Assembly: GCA_043809585.1 (NCBI GenBank)
Contig: JBDROZ010000117.1
Location: forward strand, 1 to 37,476
From: Candidatus Eiseniibacteriota bacterium
GTDB lineage: Bacteria > Orphanbacterota > Orphanbacteria > Orphanbacterales > Orphanbacteraceae
Reading direction: 5' to 3'
Length of the DNA: 37,476 nucleotides
Each line of letters begins with the position of its first letter. The stretch's first letter is position 1. The position numbers and the translations under genes are program-made. The notes beneath the pieces are model-generated. The model made no database searches. It was not told where the DNA came from and worked only from the letters and a program-made list of their open reading frames with translations. Positions 22,791 to 31,433 of the stretch are shown piece after piece.

Positions 22791-24620
22791 CTACTCGACG
22801 GTGACGCTCTTCGCGAGGTTCCGGGGCTGGTCCACATCGCAGCCCCGCTTCACGGCGATATAGTACGCCAGGAGCTGGAGGGGAATCACGGAGAGAATCG
22901 GGGTGAGAGGCTCGATCGTGTGGGGCAGGTAAATCACGTGCTCCGCCCACTGCCCGATCCGCTCGTCCCCCTCCGTCGCGATGGCGATGATCCGCCCCTG
23001 CCGGGACTTCACTTCCTGGATGTTTCCCATCACCTTCTCGTAGGCGCTGTCCCGCAGGGCGATGAAGAGGACCGGCATGTTCCGGTCGATGAGCGCGATG
23101 GGGCCGTGTTTCATCTCCGCCGCCGGGTAACCCTCGGCGTGGATGTAACTGATCTCCTTCAGCTTCAGCGCCCCCTCGAGGGCGACGGGGAAATTGTAGC
23201 CCCGCCCGAGGTAGAGCGCGTTGTTGTGCTCGGCGTACCAGTGGGCGACTTTCCGGATCTCCTCCCCCTTGTCGAGAATCGACTGCACCTGGTCGGGGAG
23301 TTGCATCAGGGCCCGGATGATCCGCTCCCCGTCCTTCCGGTCGAGGCGTCCCCGGATCCGGCCGAGAAGAAGCGAGAGGATCGCGAGCACCGTGACCTGG
23401 GAAGTGAACGCCTTCGTGCTCGCCACGCCGATTTCCGGACCGGCGTGGGTGTAGATGCCGCCGTCCGACTCCCGGGCGATGGTCGATCCGACCACGTTGC
23501 AGAGGCCGATCGCCCGGGCGCCGCATCGCTGGGCTTCGCGCATGGCGGCGAGGGTGTCCAGGGTCTCGCCCGATTGGCTGATGACGATGACCAGCGTATC
23601 CTCGTCGACGACCGGGCGCCGGTACCGGAACTCGGAGGCGTACTCCACCTCCACCGCGATTCGGGCGAACTCCTCGATCATGTACTCGCCGATGAGGCCC
23701 GCGTGCCACGAGGTTCCGCAGGCGGTGATGACGATCCGCCGTAGCCCCTGGAGCACGTCGATCGGAATGTTGAGACCGCCGAGATGGGCCTTACCCGTCT
23801 CCACCACCACGCGGCCGGACATGGCGTCCCGGATCGTGCGGGGCTGCTCGAAGATCTCCTTCTGCATGAAGTGGTCGTGGCCCCCCTTCTCGATGTCCTC
23901 GATGTCCCACAGCACCTCCTCCGGCTTCCGCTCGACCCGCACGTTGTCGAGGTTGGTCACCGAAATGCCGTCCCTCTTCAGCACCACCATTTCCCGGTCG
24001 TCGAGGTAGATCATCTGACGCGTGTGCTCGAGGATCGCCGCCACGTCGGAGGCCACGAAGTTCTCCCCCTCCCCGAGGCCGACCACGAGGGGCGAGCCGT
24101 TCCGGGCGCCGATGATCCGGTCCGGATCGCGGCTGGAGATGACGGCGATGCCGTAGGCCCCCTCCACTTCGCGGAGCGCCTTCTGTACTGCGCCCTCGAG
24201 GGACTCCGTGTAGAACCGGGCGATCAGGTGGGCGAGCACCTCCGTGTCCGTGTCCGTATGGAAGATCGATCCTTCCCGGGTCAGCCGCTTCTTCAAGGAA
24301 TAGAAGTTCTCGAGGATGCCGTTGTGAACGACCGCGATGGTCCCGCTCGAGTCCGTATGGGGGTGGGCGTTCGTCCGTGAGGGGACGCCGTGGGTGGCCC
24401 ACCGGGTGTGGGCGATGCCCGTGGTCCCGTGGAGGGGGTGCTCCTGCAGGCGCTCCGCGAGATGCCGGATCTTGCCCGCGTCTTTCACGACCTCGAGGCC
24501 GCCCCCGTTGAAGATGGCCACGCCCGCCGAATCGTATCCCCGGTACTCGAGCCGCCGGAGGCCGTTCACGAGAATGGGCGACGCTTCACGAGACCCGATG
24601 TATCCGATTATGCCGCACAT
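22791..24620 (-). CDS. glmS: Glutamine-fructose-6-phosphate transaminase
   Basis: MCGIIG, LEYRGYDSAG, HTRWATHG, SQSGET, VASTKAF, DQPRNLAKSVTVE. Confidence 0.98.
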   Translation of the reverse strand: MCGIIGYIGSREASPILVNGLRRLEYRGYDSAGVAIFNGGGLEVVKDAGKIRHLAERLQEHPLHGTTGIAHTRWATHGVPSRTNAHPHTDSSGTIAVVHNGILENFYSLKKRLTREGSIFHTDTDTEVLAHLIARFYTESLEGAVQKALREVEGAYGIAVISSRDPDRIIGARNGSPLVVGLGEGENFVASDVAAILEHTRQMIYLDDREMVVLKRDGISVTNLDNVRVERKPEEVLWDIEDIEKGGHDHFMQKEIFEQPRTIRDAMSGRVVVETGKAHLGGLNIPIDVLQGLRRIVITACGTSWHAGLIGEYMIEEFARIAVEVEYASEFRYRRPVVDEDTLVIVISQSGETLDTLAAMREAQRCGARAIGLCNVVGSTIARESDGGIYTHAGPEIGVASTKAFTSQVTVLAILSLLLGRIRGRLDRKDGERIIRALMQLPDQVQSILDKGEEIRKVAHWYAEHNNALYLGRGYNFPVALEGALKLKEISYIHAEGYPAAEMKHGPIALIDRNMPVLFIALRDSAYEKVMGNIQEVKSRQGRIIAIATEGDERIGQWAEHVIYLPHTIEPLTPILSVIPLQLLAYYIAVKRGCDVDQPRNLAKSVTVE

Positions 24621-24621
24621 G

Positions 24622-25992
24622 TCACTCCCCCGCCCGCGGCCGGGCCCGGCCCGTCACGGCTTCGGCGGCCTCCGCCTGCAGCTCGTCCGCCTCTTCTTCG
24701 CCCGGCGCCTCGGCGAACACCCGGACCACCGGTTCCGTGTTCGACGGCCGGACATGCACCCACTTCCTCTCCCAGGAGAGACGGATGCCGTCCCGCTCGT
24801 CCACTTCGGCCGTTCCGAACCGGCCGGCAAGCCGGGAGACGAGGGTCTCCCTGTTCCATTCATCGGCGGGCACCACGGCCTTCCGGAGGGCGTACACCGG
24901 AAGCCGCCGATCCCATTCATTCAGGTCCATGCCGTGGCCGGTCATGGCCTGGAGGACGAGGGCCATGCCCATCGCCGCGTCACGCATCGGGTGGAGGGCC
25001 GGCACCATCACGCCCCCGTTCCCCTCCCCCCCCGCCGCGGCGCCGACCTCGACCATCTTGGCGGCCACGTGGGCCTCGCCGACCGGTGTTCTGTGGAATG
25101 GCACCCCGTAGCGGGCCGCCAGATCCTCCACGGCCAGGGAGGTGGAAAGATTCACCACCACCGGTCCCGGCCTCACGGAAAGAAGGTGATCGACCGCGAA
25201 GGCGACGGTCCGCTCCTCGCTGAGTGCCCTACCGCCGGCGGCGACGAGACTGAGGCGGTCGGCGTCCGGGTCGAGAGCGAAGCCGACGGCGGCACCGGAC
25301 TCCTTCACGGCCCTCGCCAGATCGCCGAGGTTTTCGGGTCTGGGTTCCGGCGGCCGGGGAAACCGGGGGGACTCTTCGCAGTGAACGGCGGTGACTTCGC
25401 AGCCGAGCCTCCGGAGGAGCTCCTTCCCGATCCGGCAGCCCGCGGCGCCGACCCCGTCGAGGGCGACTTTCCAACGGCGCCTCCGGATCTTCTCCTCGTC
25501 GATGAAGTCGAGACCGAGAATACCTTCGAGATGCTCCGCGACCACATCCGGCCCCTCGGCGAGCCGCCCCACCCGGTCGTAGGGAACCCACTCCCGCCCC
25601 CCCTCCCGGTAACGGCGGGCCAGCTCCTCCCCCTCTTCGGGGCCGAGGAAGAAACCCCGCTCGGAGACGAATTTGAGGGCGTTCCATTCGATCGGGTTGT
25701 GGCTCGCCGTCACGAGAACGCCACCGCCCACATCCCGGCGCTTCACGGCGTAGAGGATCGTCGGTGTCGGGCAGATGCCGCAATCGAGCACGTCGCACCC
25801 GGCCCCCGCGAGGGAGGCGATGAGGGCGCCGCGGACCATCGGTCCCGTGGGGCGGGTGTCCCCTCCCACCAGGATGGTCTTCCCCTTCCGGGGGGCGGCG
25901 AAAGCGGCGCCCAGGCGGATGATCGTCTCTGGGGTGAGGCCCGTCCCCACCACACCGCGGGCGCCGGAGACACCGAGCTTCAGCTCGTTCAT
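24622..25992 (-). CDS. glmM: Phosphoglucosamine mutase / phosphohexomutase
   Basis: TASHNP, DPDADR, GGEGNGG, VRPSNTEP; adjacent to glmS; GAGG RBS before ATG 25992. Confidence 0.88.
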   Translation of the reverse strand: MNELKLGVSGARGVVGTGLTPETIIRLGAAFAAPRKGKTILVGGDTRPTGPMVRGALIASLAGAGCDVLDCGICPTPTILYAVKRRDVGGGVLVTASHNPIEWNALKFVSERGFFLGPEEGEELARRYREGGREWVPYDRVGRLAEGPDVVAEHLEGILGLDFIDEEKIRRRRWKVALDGVGAAGCRIGKELLRRLGCEVTAVHCEESPRFPRPPEPRPENLGDLARAVKESGAAVGFALDPDADRLSLVAAGGRALSEERTVAFAVDHLLSVRPGPVVVNLSTSLAVEDLAARYGVPFHRTPVGEAHVAAKMVEVGAAAGGEGNGGVMVPALHPMRDAAMGMALVLQAMTGHGMDLNEWDRRLPVYALRKAVVPADEWNRETLVSRLAGRFGTAEVDERDGIRLSWERKWVHVRPSNTEPVVRVFAEAPGEEEADELQAEAAEAVTGRARPRAGE

Positions 25993-26067
25993 GAACAACC
26001 TCATGAGAAAGGGACGTCGCCGGCGGCCGGGCCGGAGACCGGATTCGCGGGGCGGGAGGGAAAGATG

Positions 26068-26140
26068 AGCTGGTGAGCGGATTCGAACCGCTGACCGACG
26101 CATTACGAATGCGTTGCTCTACCAGCTGAGCTACACCAGC
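26068..26140 (-). tRNA. tRNA-Thr(CGT); CCA not encoded
   Basis: GCTGGTGTAGCTCAG...ACGCA-TT-CGT-AA-TGCGT...GGTTCGAATCC...CACCAGCT. Confidence 0.95.
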
Positions 26141-26195
26141 TTCTTTCGATCGAGGTACCGGCCCCCCGGCGCCGCCGGGGAGAGGTCCGGAAAAA

Positions 26196-26271
26196 TGGTG
26201 TCGCGAGGCGGATTTGAACCACCGACACAGGGATTTTCAGTCCCCTGCTCTACCAGCTGAGCTACCGCGAC
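26196..26271 (-). tRNA. tRNA-Phe(GAA)
   Basis: GTCGCGGTAGCTCAG...GGGA-CT-GAA-AA-TCCC...GGTTCAAATCC...TCGCGACA-CCA. Confidence 0.96.
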
Positions 26272-26304
26272 TCACCCGAAGGGTATCGTCTTCCACCCTG
26301 CGGA

Positions 26305-26333
26305 AGGTTAACAACGGTGAACCGGCCTGTCAA
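26305..26333 (-). promoter_or_regulatory. Sigma70 promoter for tRNA-Phe/tRNA-Thr/glmM operon
   Basis: TTGACA-N17-TAACCT, with TG extension. Confidence 0.7.
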
Positions 26334-26374
26334 CTCAAAACCCCTGAGGGAAAGGGGATAGGGCTTCTTTCCCG

Positions 26375-26403
26375 TTGCTTCTTCCCGGCCGGTGTGCTAT
26401 GAT
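26375..26403 (+). promoter_or_regulatory. Sigma70 promoter for the 73-aa ORF
   Basis: TTGCTT-N17-TATGAT with TG extension. Confidence 0.65.
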
Positions 26404-26462
26404 CCTATCCGGTAGCCGACGGCAGCAAAAGGAAGACCGACATCGACGCGGAGAATCCACGC

Positions 26463-26684
26463 ATGACAACGGACCCGAAGAACCGAAGCTTTTTCGACTC
26501 CGTGATCTCCAGGTTCGGCGCCTCCAACATCCGCTGCAAAGTCGCGAAAATCTACGGGACTCCCGACGACACCCTATCTCTCGGCGCTCTGGAAACTTGG
26601 TACTATTTCGGCGCCCAGAAGGGTTTCGTGTTCCGGAACGGCGAACTGGAGCGAATCGTCCCCCTGCGAAACGTCCGCGACTGA
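26463..26684 (+). CDS. Small hypothetical protein (73 aa), possibly BLIP/SmpA-like fold
   Basis: Own promoter, GGAGAA RBS, host-like codon use; pattern V..IYG.PD......ETWYY.....FVF.NG.L. Confidence 0.7.
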   Translation: MTTDPKNRSFFDSVISRFGASNIRCKVAKIYGTPDDTLSLGALETWYYFGAQKGFVFRNGELERIVPLRNVRD

Positions 26685-26716
26685 AAGACGCCTCCGCGCC
26701 CCCCCGTCCGACCGGC

Positions 26717-26896
26717 CTAGCTGAAAAAGCGGGGGGCGAACGCGAGGAGCACCCCCACGAAGGCCGCTCCGAGGCCGAGAAAGAGCAGGGCGGCGCCCAC
26801 CCAGCCCGCGCCTCCCCGTCTCTCTCCGAACATCCAAAAACCGAAGACCATCGCCGCACCGCCGCCGAGCATCAGAAACGCGTGAATCACGGACAC
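26717..26896 (-). CDS. Small two-TM membrane protein (59 aa)
   Basis: GTG start after a G-rich RBS just downstream of asnS; two hydrophobic helices, ending APRFFS. Confidence 0.6.
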   Translation of the reverse strand: MSVIHAFLMLGGGAAMVFGFWMFGERRGGAGWVGAALLFLGLGAAFVGVLLAFAPRFFS

Positions 26897-26928
26897 GAGG
26901 GTCTTCCCCCCTTTCCTCTTCCGGCGAC

Positions 26929-28251
26929 CTACGGGTAGATGCGGGTCATCGTTCTCGGGAACGGGATCATCTCGCGGATGTGATGGATGCCGCAGACCCA
27001 CCGGAGAAACCTCTCCAGGCCGAGACCGAAGCCGGCGTGGGGCACGCTCCCGAACCTGCGGAGGTCCCGGTACCATTCGAGGGGGGCGGGAGGGAGCCCA
27101 TGGGCGGCGATCTGCCGGTCGAGATACTCGAGGGAGTCGGTTCGCTGGCCGCCGCCGATGATCTCTCCGAACCCTTCGGGGGCGAGCAGGTCGACGCCGA
27201 GGACCACCCGGTCGTCCTCCGGATCGGGAGCCATGTAGAACGCCTTGATCCCCTTCGGATAGCGGTGGACGAAGAAAGGGGTCTCGAAGCTCTCGGCCAA
27301 CACCGTCTCTTCGTCCCCCCCGAAATCCTCCCCCCACTTCACGGCCTCCCCCCTCTCCTCGAGGATCCGGACCGCCTCGTCGTAGGAGATGCGCGGGAAA
27401 GGCTTCGCGACCTTTTCGAGCGCGCCGATGTCCCGTCCCAGAAAATCCAGATCCGCCCGGTGCTTTTCGAGCACGTCGGCGACGACGGCGCGGATCATCT
27501 TCTCTTCCAGGTCCATCACGTCGTCCATGTCGGCCCAGGCCATTTCCGGCTCGAGCATCCAGAACTCGGTCAGGTGGCGGCGGGTCTTCGACTTCTCCGC
27601 CCGGAAGGTCGGCCCGAAGCAATACACCTTCCCGAAGGCCATCGCCGCCGCTTCCATGTAGAGCTGGCCGCTCTGGCTGAGGTAGGCGGGGGAACCGAAG
27701 TAATCGGTCTCGAAGAGCGTCGACGTCCCCTCGCAGGAGGAGGGCGTCAGCAGGGGCGCGTCGATCAGCACGAACCCTTCACGGTCGAAGAAGCTCCGGA
27801 GCGACTGGACCACCGTGGACCGGATCCGGAGAACGGCGTGGGGCTTCCGGGACCGGAGCCAGAGGTGCCTGTGGTTCATCAGAAAGTCGGTGCCGTGCTC
27901 TTTTTTCGAGATCGGGTACTCCTCGGCGGCGCTCACGATCTCGAAGCCGGTCACCCCGAGTTCGTATCCCCCGGGCGCCCGGTCGTCCTTCCGGACCGAC
28001 CCGGTCACCTCCACCGCCGACTCCTGGGCCGCCTGCCGGGCCTTCTGGAAGATCTCCTCTCCGAGGTCCGCCTGGGAGGCGACGCACTGGATGATGCCGG
28101 TCCCGTCCCTCACGATGAGGAACGCCAGTTTGCCGCTCGAACGGCTCTGGTAGAGCCACCCTCGGATCGTCGCCGCCCGTCCGTCATGATCGCCTACGGC
28201 CGCGATCGAGGTCGGCCCGGGGGCGCCTTCCGCTCTCGATTCTCCGGTCAT
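26929..28251 (-). CDS. asnS: Asparagine-tRNA ligase
   Basis: RHLWLRS, CEGTSTLF, YLSQSGQLY, GPTFRAEKSKTRRHLTEFWMLEPE, PHAGFGLGLER. Confidence 0.96.
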   Translation of the reverse strand: MTGESRAEGAPGPTSIAAVGDHDGRAATIRGWLYQSRSSGKLAFLIVRDGTGIIQCVASQADLGEEIFQKARQAAQESAVEVTGSVRKDDRAPGGYELGVTGFEIVSAAEEYPISKKEHGTDFLMNHRHLWLRSRKPHAVLRIRSTVVQSLRSFFDREGFVLIDAPLLTPSSCEGTSTLFETDYFGSPAYLSQSGQLYMEAAAMAFGKVYCFGPTFRAEKSKTRRHLTEFWMLEPEMAWADMDDVMDLEEKMIRAVVADVLEKHRADLDFLGRDIGALEKVAKPFPRISYDEAVRILEERGEAVKWGEDFGGDEETVLAESFETPFFVHRYPKGIKAFYMAPDPEDDRVVLGVDLLAPEGFGEIIGGGQRTDSLEYLDRQIAAHGLPPAPLEWYRDLRRFGSVPHAGFGLGLERFLRWVCGIHHIREMIPFPRTMTRIYP

Positions 28252-28318
28252 GCTTCCGATTCCCGCTCGCTGAAAGGGGGTTTCCGGGGCGGGCCGAACC
28301 CGCCCTCACGAGTCGGTC

Positions 28319-28347
28319 ATCCTACGGCGGCTCTCTCTCTCTGTCAA
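28319..28347 (-). promoter_or_regulatory. Sigma70 promoter of asnS with an (AG)6 tract
   Basis: TTGACA-N17-TAGGAT. Confidence 0.7.
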
Positions 28348-28438
28348 CCGAAAGGGCTGCCCCGCTTTCGGTTCCGCCGCCGCCCCCCCTGGATCCCCGT
28401 TCCTCCCCGGCAGTTCCGGACCGTCCCAAAAGGAACGG

Positions 28439-28465
28439 TAAAGGTCCCGGTCAAGTGGCCGATTC
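28439..28465 (+). promoter_or_regulatory. Sigma28 (FliA/WhiG)-like promoter
   Basis: TAAA-N15-GCCGATTC versus consensus TAAA-N15-GCCGATAA, about 75 nt before the TPR gene. Confidence 0.55.
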
Positions 28466-28540
28466 TTAGAGAGTTAGATGGAGGCATGGGACCGGACCCC
28501 GACGATCCTTCCGGGGCCTCTCGGAAGGGGGAGCGATGCA

Positions 28541-30415
28541 TTGACGAAAAGCGCGATGGTGGCGGCGGCGCTGCTGATCCCGTGGCTCGCCGGCAACGCG
28601 CCGGCGGCGGCCGGAGATTCTCTTTGGCCGGGAGAGGAACGTCCCGCCCCGGAAGCGGAAATCCTTCCGCCGGCGGACATCGACTGGTCCGGAGAGATCA
28701 GCGCGCCGGACCACCGGATCGTGACCCTCGCTCCGGGAGGCCCCCTCCTCGAGTCGCCCATCCTCTCCCGGCTCACGTACTACCGCGCCGTGCACGAGTT
28801 GGCCCAGAACCGGTGGGACGAGGCCCGGGAACATCTCGAGACGACGGTCGGGGGCGATCCTTCCCTGATCCGCGCCCACCTGCTCCTCTCAGTCGTCCAA
28901 CTCCGCGACCTCGACCCCCACTGGATCCTCTCTCTCATGAGCGGCGTCCGGGCCCTGAGGGGCAACTTCCGATCCCAGAGCCTCCTGGTCGCGAACGGGG
29001 TGATCGTGTCCGAGCTGATCCTCCTCGCGCTCCTCACGGCGGCGACGGCGGCGGCGGTGCTCCGGGCCCTGCCGGTCCTCCGCCACGCCGTGCTCGAGGC
29101 GGTCCCCGCCGGTCTCCCCCGCTCCCTCCGGCTCGCCTATCCGGTGATGATCGTCGTCGCGGTGATCTTCCTCTTCCGTCCCTGGTCGTGGATGATGGGG
29201 GTGGTGTGGCTCGTGCTCGCCGGCGTGCTTCTCACGGGGCGGTCCTTCTCGAGGGCGGAGAAGGGCGTGGCCCTCGCTTTCGTTCTCTCCCTCGCCCTCT
29301 CCCCCGGGCTGCTCCGGTTCGCCGTCCAGGCGAGCCTCCCCGCCACGCCGGGTACGACGCTGTTCGCCCTCTCGGGGACGTCGGTCGCTCCCCTCGGAGA
29401 CGAGCGCGCCTCCACCCTTCTCGTGGGGGACACCGGCGACCGGGATATCATCTTCAGCCTCGCCCTGCTCGAGAGGGAGCGGGGGAACCGGAAGAAAGCG
29501 ATCTCCCTCTACCGGGAACTCCTCGCGAACGGCCAGGGGTCGCCGTCGGTCTACAACAACATCGGTAATCTCCTCTTCGTGGAAGGGGACGTCGACCAGG
29601 CGTACACCGCCTACCGGCAAGCCCTCACGCTCGATCCGGAGCGGGCGACGAGCCACTACAACCTGGGACAGCTCTATCTGGAGGTCTTCTCCTTCGACCA
29701 GGCGAGGCAGGAGTTTTCCAAGGCATCGGAAATCGACTTCTCCCTGATCCGGAATCTCTCCCACGCGGGCGGAAGCGAGGGCTCCCACACTCTCGTGGAC
29801 GACTCGATTCCCCCCTCCCGGCTCTGGGGGCGCTTCCTCGCCGGAGAGGCGGGGAGCGGGGGCCTCGGCTGGAGCGAATCGTTCCTCGCCGCCAAGAGGG
29901 TCTTCTATCCACACGAGCCGGAGCGGTTCCTTCCCCTTCTTCTCTTCTTCGGGTTCGCCTTCTGGTTCGGACAGACCCGACCGGCGCCGGCGGCCTGCGC
30001 CCGCTGCGGAAAGGCGATATGCCGGAAGTGCCGCGTTCGTGTCGCCGGGAAGAACCGGTGCGGAGCGTGCGCCCTGGCCGGAAAGGACCGGGAGTGGAAC
30101 AGGAACACCCTTACCTATCACCGGCCCATGAGCCTGACCCTCGCCCTGATCCTTCCGGGGCTGGGGCACGTCTATCTCGGTCGGTGGCTCCGGGGTTTCG
30201 GGTACGCCGCGGCGAGTCTCGCCCTCGTTCTCTTCTGGATCTTCCGGGGTCCTCTCCTGAAGCCGTTCCCCGTCCTCTACGCCGCGGACCTCGCGCCCCT
30301 CGAGAACTTCCTCTTCGCGTGGCTCTTCATGCCTCTCTACGTATTCGTCGTGTTCGACACGGTAAGGCTGGCGAAGAAGACGTTTCGGACGGCCGGGGGG
30401 AGGAGGGCGCGCTGA
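28541..30415 (+). CDS. TPR-containing polytopic membrane protein with a B-box-like Cys cluster
   Basis: Signal peptide, TPR-like helices, about 4 TMs, TPRs (YNNIGNL...HYNLGQLY), CARCGKAICRKC...CGAC, LILPGLGHVYLG. Start at TTG 28541 or ATG 28556. Confidence 0.85.
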   Translation: MTKSAMVAAALLIPWLAGNAPAAAGDSLWPGEERPAPEAEILPPADIDWSGEISAPDHRIVTLAPGGPLLESPILSRLTYYRAVHELAQNRWDEAREHLETTVGGDPSLIRAHLLLSVVQLRDLDPHWILSLMSGVRALRGNFRSQSLLVANGVIVSELILLALLTAATAAAVLRALPVLRHAVLEAVPAGLPRSLRLAYPVMIVVAVIFLFRPWSWMMGVVWLVLAGVLLTGRSFSRAEKGVALAFVLSLALSPGLLRFAVQASLPATPGTTLFALSGTSVAPLGDERASTLLVGDTGDRDIIFSLALLERERGNRKKAISLYRELLANGQGSPSVYNNIGNLLFVEGDVDQAYTAYRQALTLDPERATSHYNLGQLYLEVFSFDQARQEFSKASEIDFSLIRNLSHAGGSEGSHTLVDDSIPPSRLWGRFLAGEAGSGGLGWSESFLAAKRVFYPHEPERFLPLLLFFGFAFWFGQTRPAPAACARCGKAICRKCRVRVAGKNRCGACALAGKDREWNRNTLTYHRPMSLTLALILPGLGHVYLGRWLRGFGYAAASLALVLFWIFRGPLLKPFPVLYAADLAPLENFLFAWLFMPLYVFVVFDTVRLAKKTFRTAGGRRAR

Positions 30416-31419
30416 TGGGTCTCCGGGGGAATCTGGCGGAGTTCGGAGCGGTCGAGGTCTTCCAGCTTCTCGCCTCCCAAGGGAAAACGGGCGTCCTCCG
30501 CCTCTACCGGACGGCGAAGAAGGCCGCCTTCGTCTTCTCCGGAGGGGAGATCGTCTCCACCTGGGACCGGAGCGCGTCGCTCACCGATCCCCTCAAGACT
30601 CATATCCTGCGCAAGAAGGTGCTGCCCGAGCACCAGGCGATGCGGGCCCTCCGCCTCGAGGCGCGGGCGGACATCCCCTTCGCCGAGATCCTCCTCCGGG
30701 AGGGGATGATCGATCTCCCCGAAACGGCGCGGCTCGTCCGGGAGCAGATCACCGGCGAGGTCCTGGAAGTCCTCGAATGGGACCAGGGCCGATTCGAGTT
30801 CACCCCCGAGCACCGGACCAAGACCTACGGGCCCGGATGCGCGGTCAAGGTGGAGTCGGTCCTCCTCGAGGCGGTCCGCCGGTTCGACGAGCGGGAACCG
30901 GGGAGGCCGAAATCGCCGGGGGATGGCGGGGGCCCCGCCGGGCAGAAGACGGCCGCGGGCCGTGGTCTCCGGGAGTTCGCGCTTCACGGCGCGATCCTGG
31001 CGATGCTTCCGGTCGCGGCCCTCCTCCTCTCGTACGTGGCCGTCCCGGTCACTCCGGCGGACGACCGGGAACCGGTGTTCGGCATCCGGGTGGCCCAGTT
31101 CAACCGGGAACGGGAGGTGAGGAACCTCCGCCTCGTCCTCGAGATGTACCGCACTCTCCACGACCGGTATCCGAAGACTCTCGCGGATCTGACGAATGCG
31201 GGGCTCCTCTCGGGGCGCCAGGTCTCGGCCCTCCGGGTCCACGAAATCCGGTACCGCTCCCTCCGGAACGGCACCCGTTACTTCCTCCACTCCGGAAGCT
31301 ACGGGCCCCTTGTCCGGGCGCTTCCCGCCTCCTTCGAACCCCGCCCCTTGGGTCTTCCCGGAGAAGGGGGGTCCTACGGGGCCCGGACCCTCCCCACGGA
31401 ACCACCCCGCGAACGCTAG
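30415..31419 (+). CDS. DUF4388 (PatA-N-like) domain protein with a TM and GspG/pilin-like C-terminal segment
   Basis: MGLRGNL.EF...EVFQLL...KTGVL, W..G.F.F, LLEAVRRFDE; TM; then LEMYR....YP..L.DL. Translationally coupled to the upstream gene (TGATG). Confidence 0.85.
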   Translation: MGLRGNLAEFGAVEVFQLLASQGKTGVLRLYRTAKKAAFVFSGGEIVSTWDRSASLTDPLKTHILRKKVLPEHQAMRALRLEARADIPFAEILLREGMIDLPETARLVREQITGEVLEVLEWDQGRFEFTPEHRTKTYGPGCAVKVESVLLEAVRRFDEREPGRPKSPGDGGGPAGQKTAAGRGLREFALHGAILAMLPVAALLLSYVAVPVTPADDREPVFGIRVAQFNREREVRNLRLVLEMYRTLHDRYPKTLADLTNAGLLSGRQVSALRVHEIRYRSLRNGTRYFLHSGSYGPLVRALPASFEPRPLGLPGEGGSYGARTLPTEPPRER

Positions 31420-31433
31420 AACTCGTTTCCGGC

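Noticed and set aside
24600..24640. glmS ribozyme
   Set aside because: glmS starts 1 nt after the glmM stop, leaving no room for a leader.
25993..26103. glmM ORF extending into tRNA-Thr
   Set aside because: A good RBS and ATG exist at 25992. The extension is a chance open frame, which is also a caution for the selC overlap finding.
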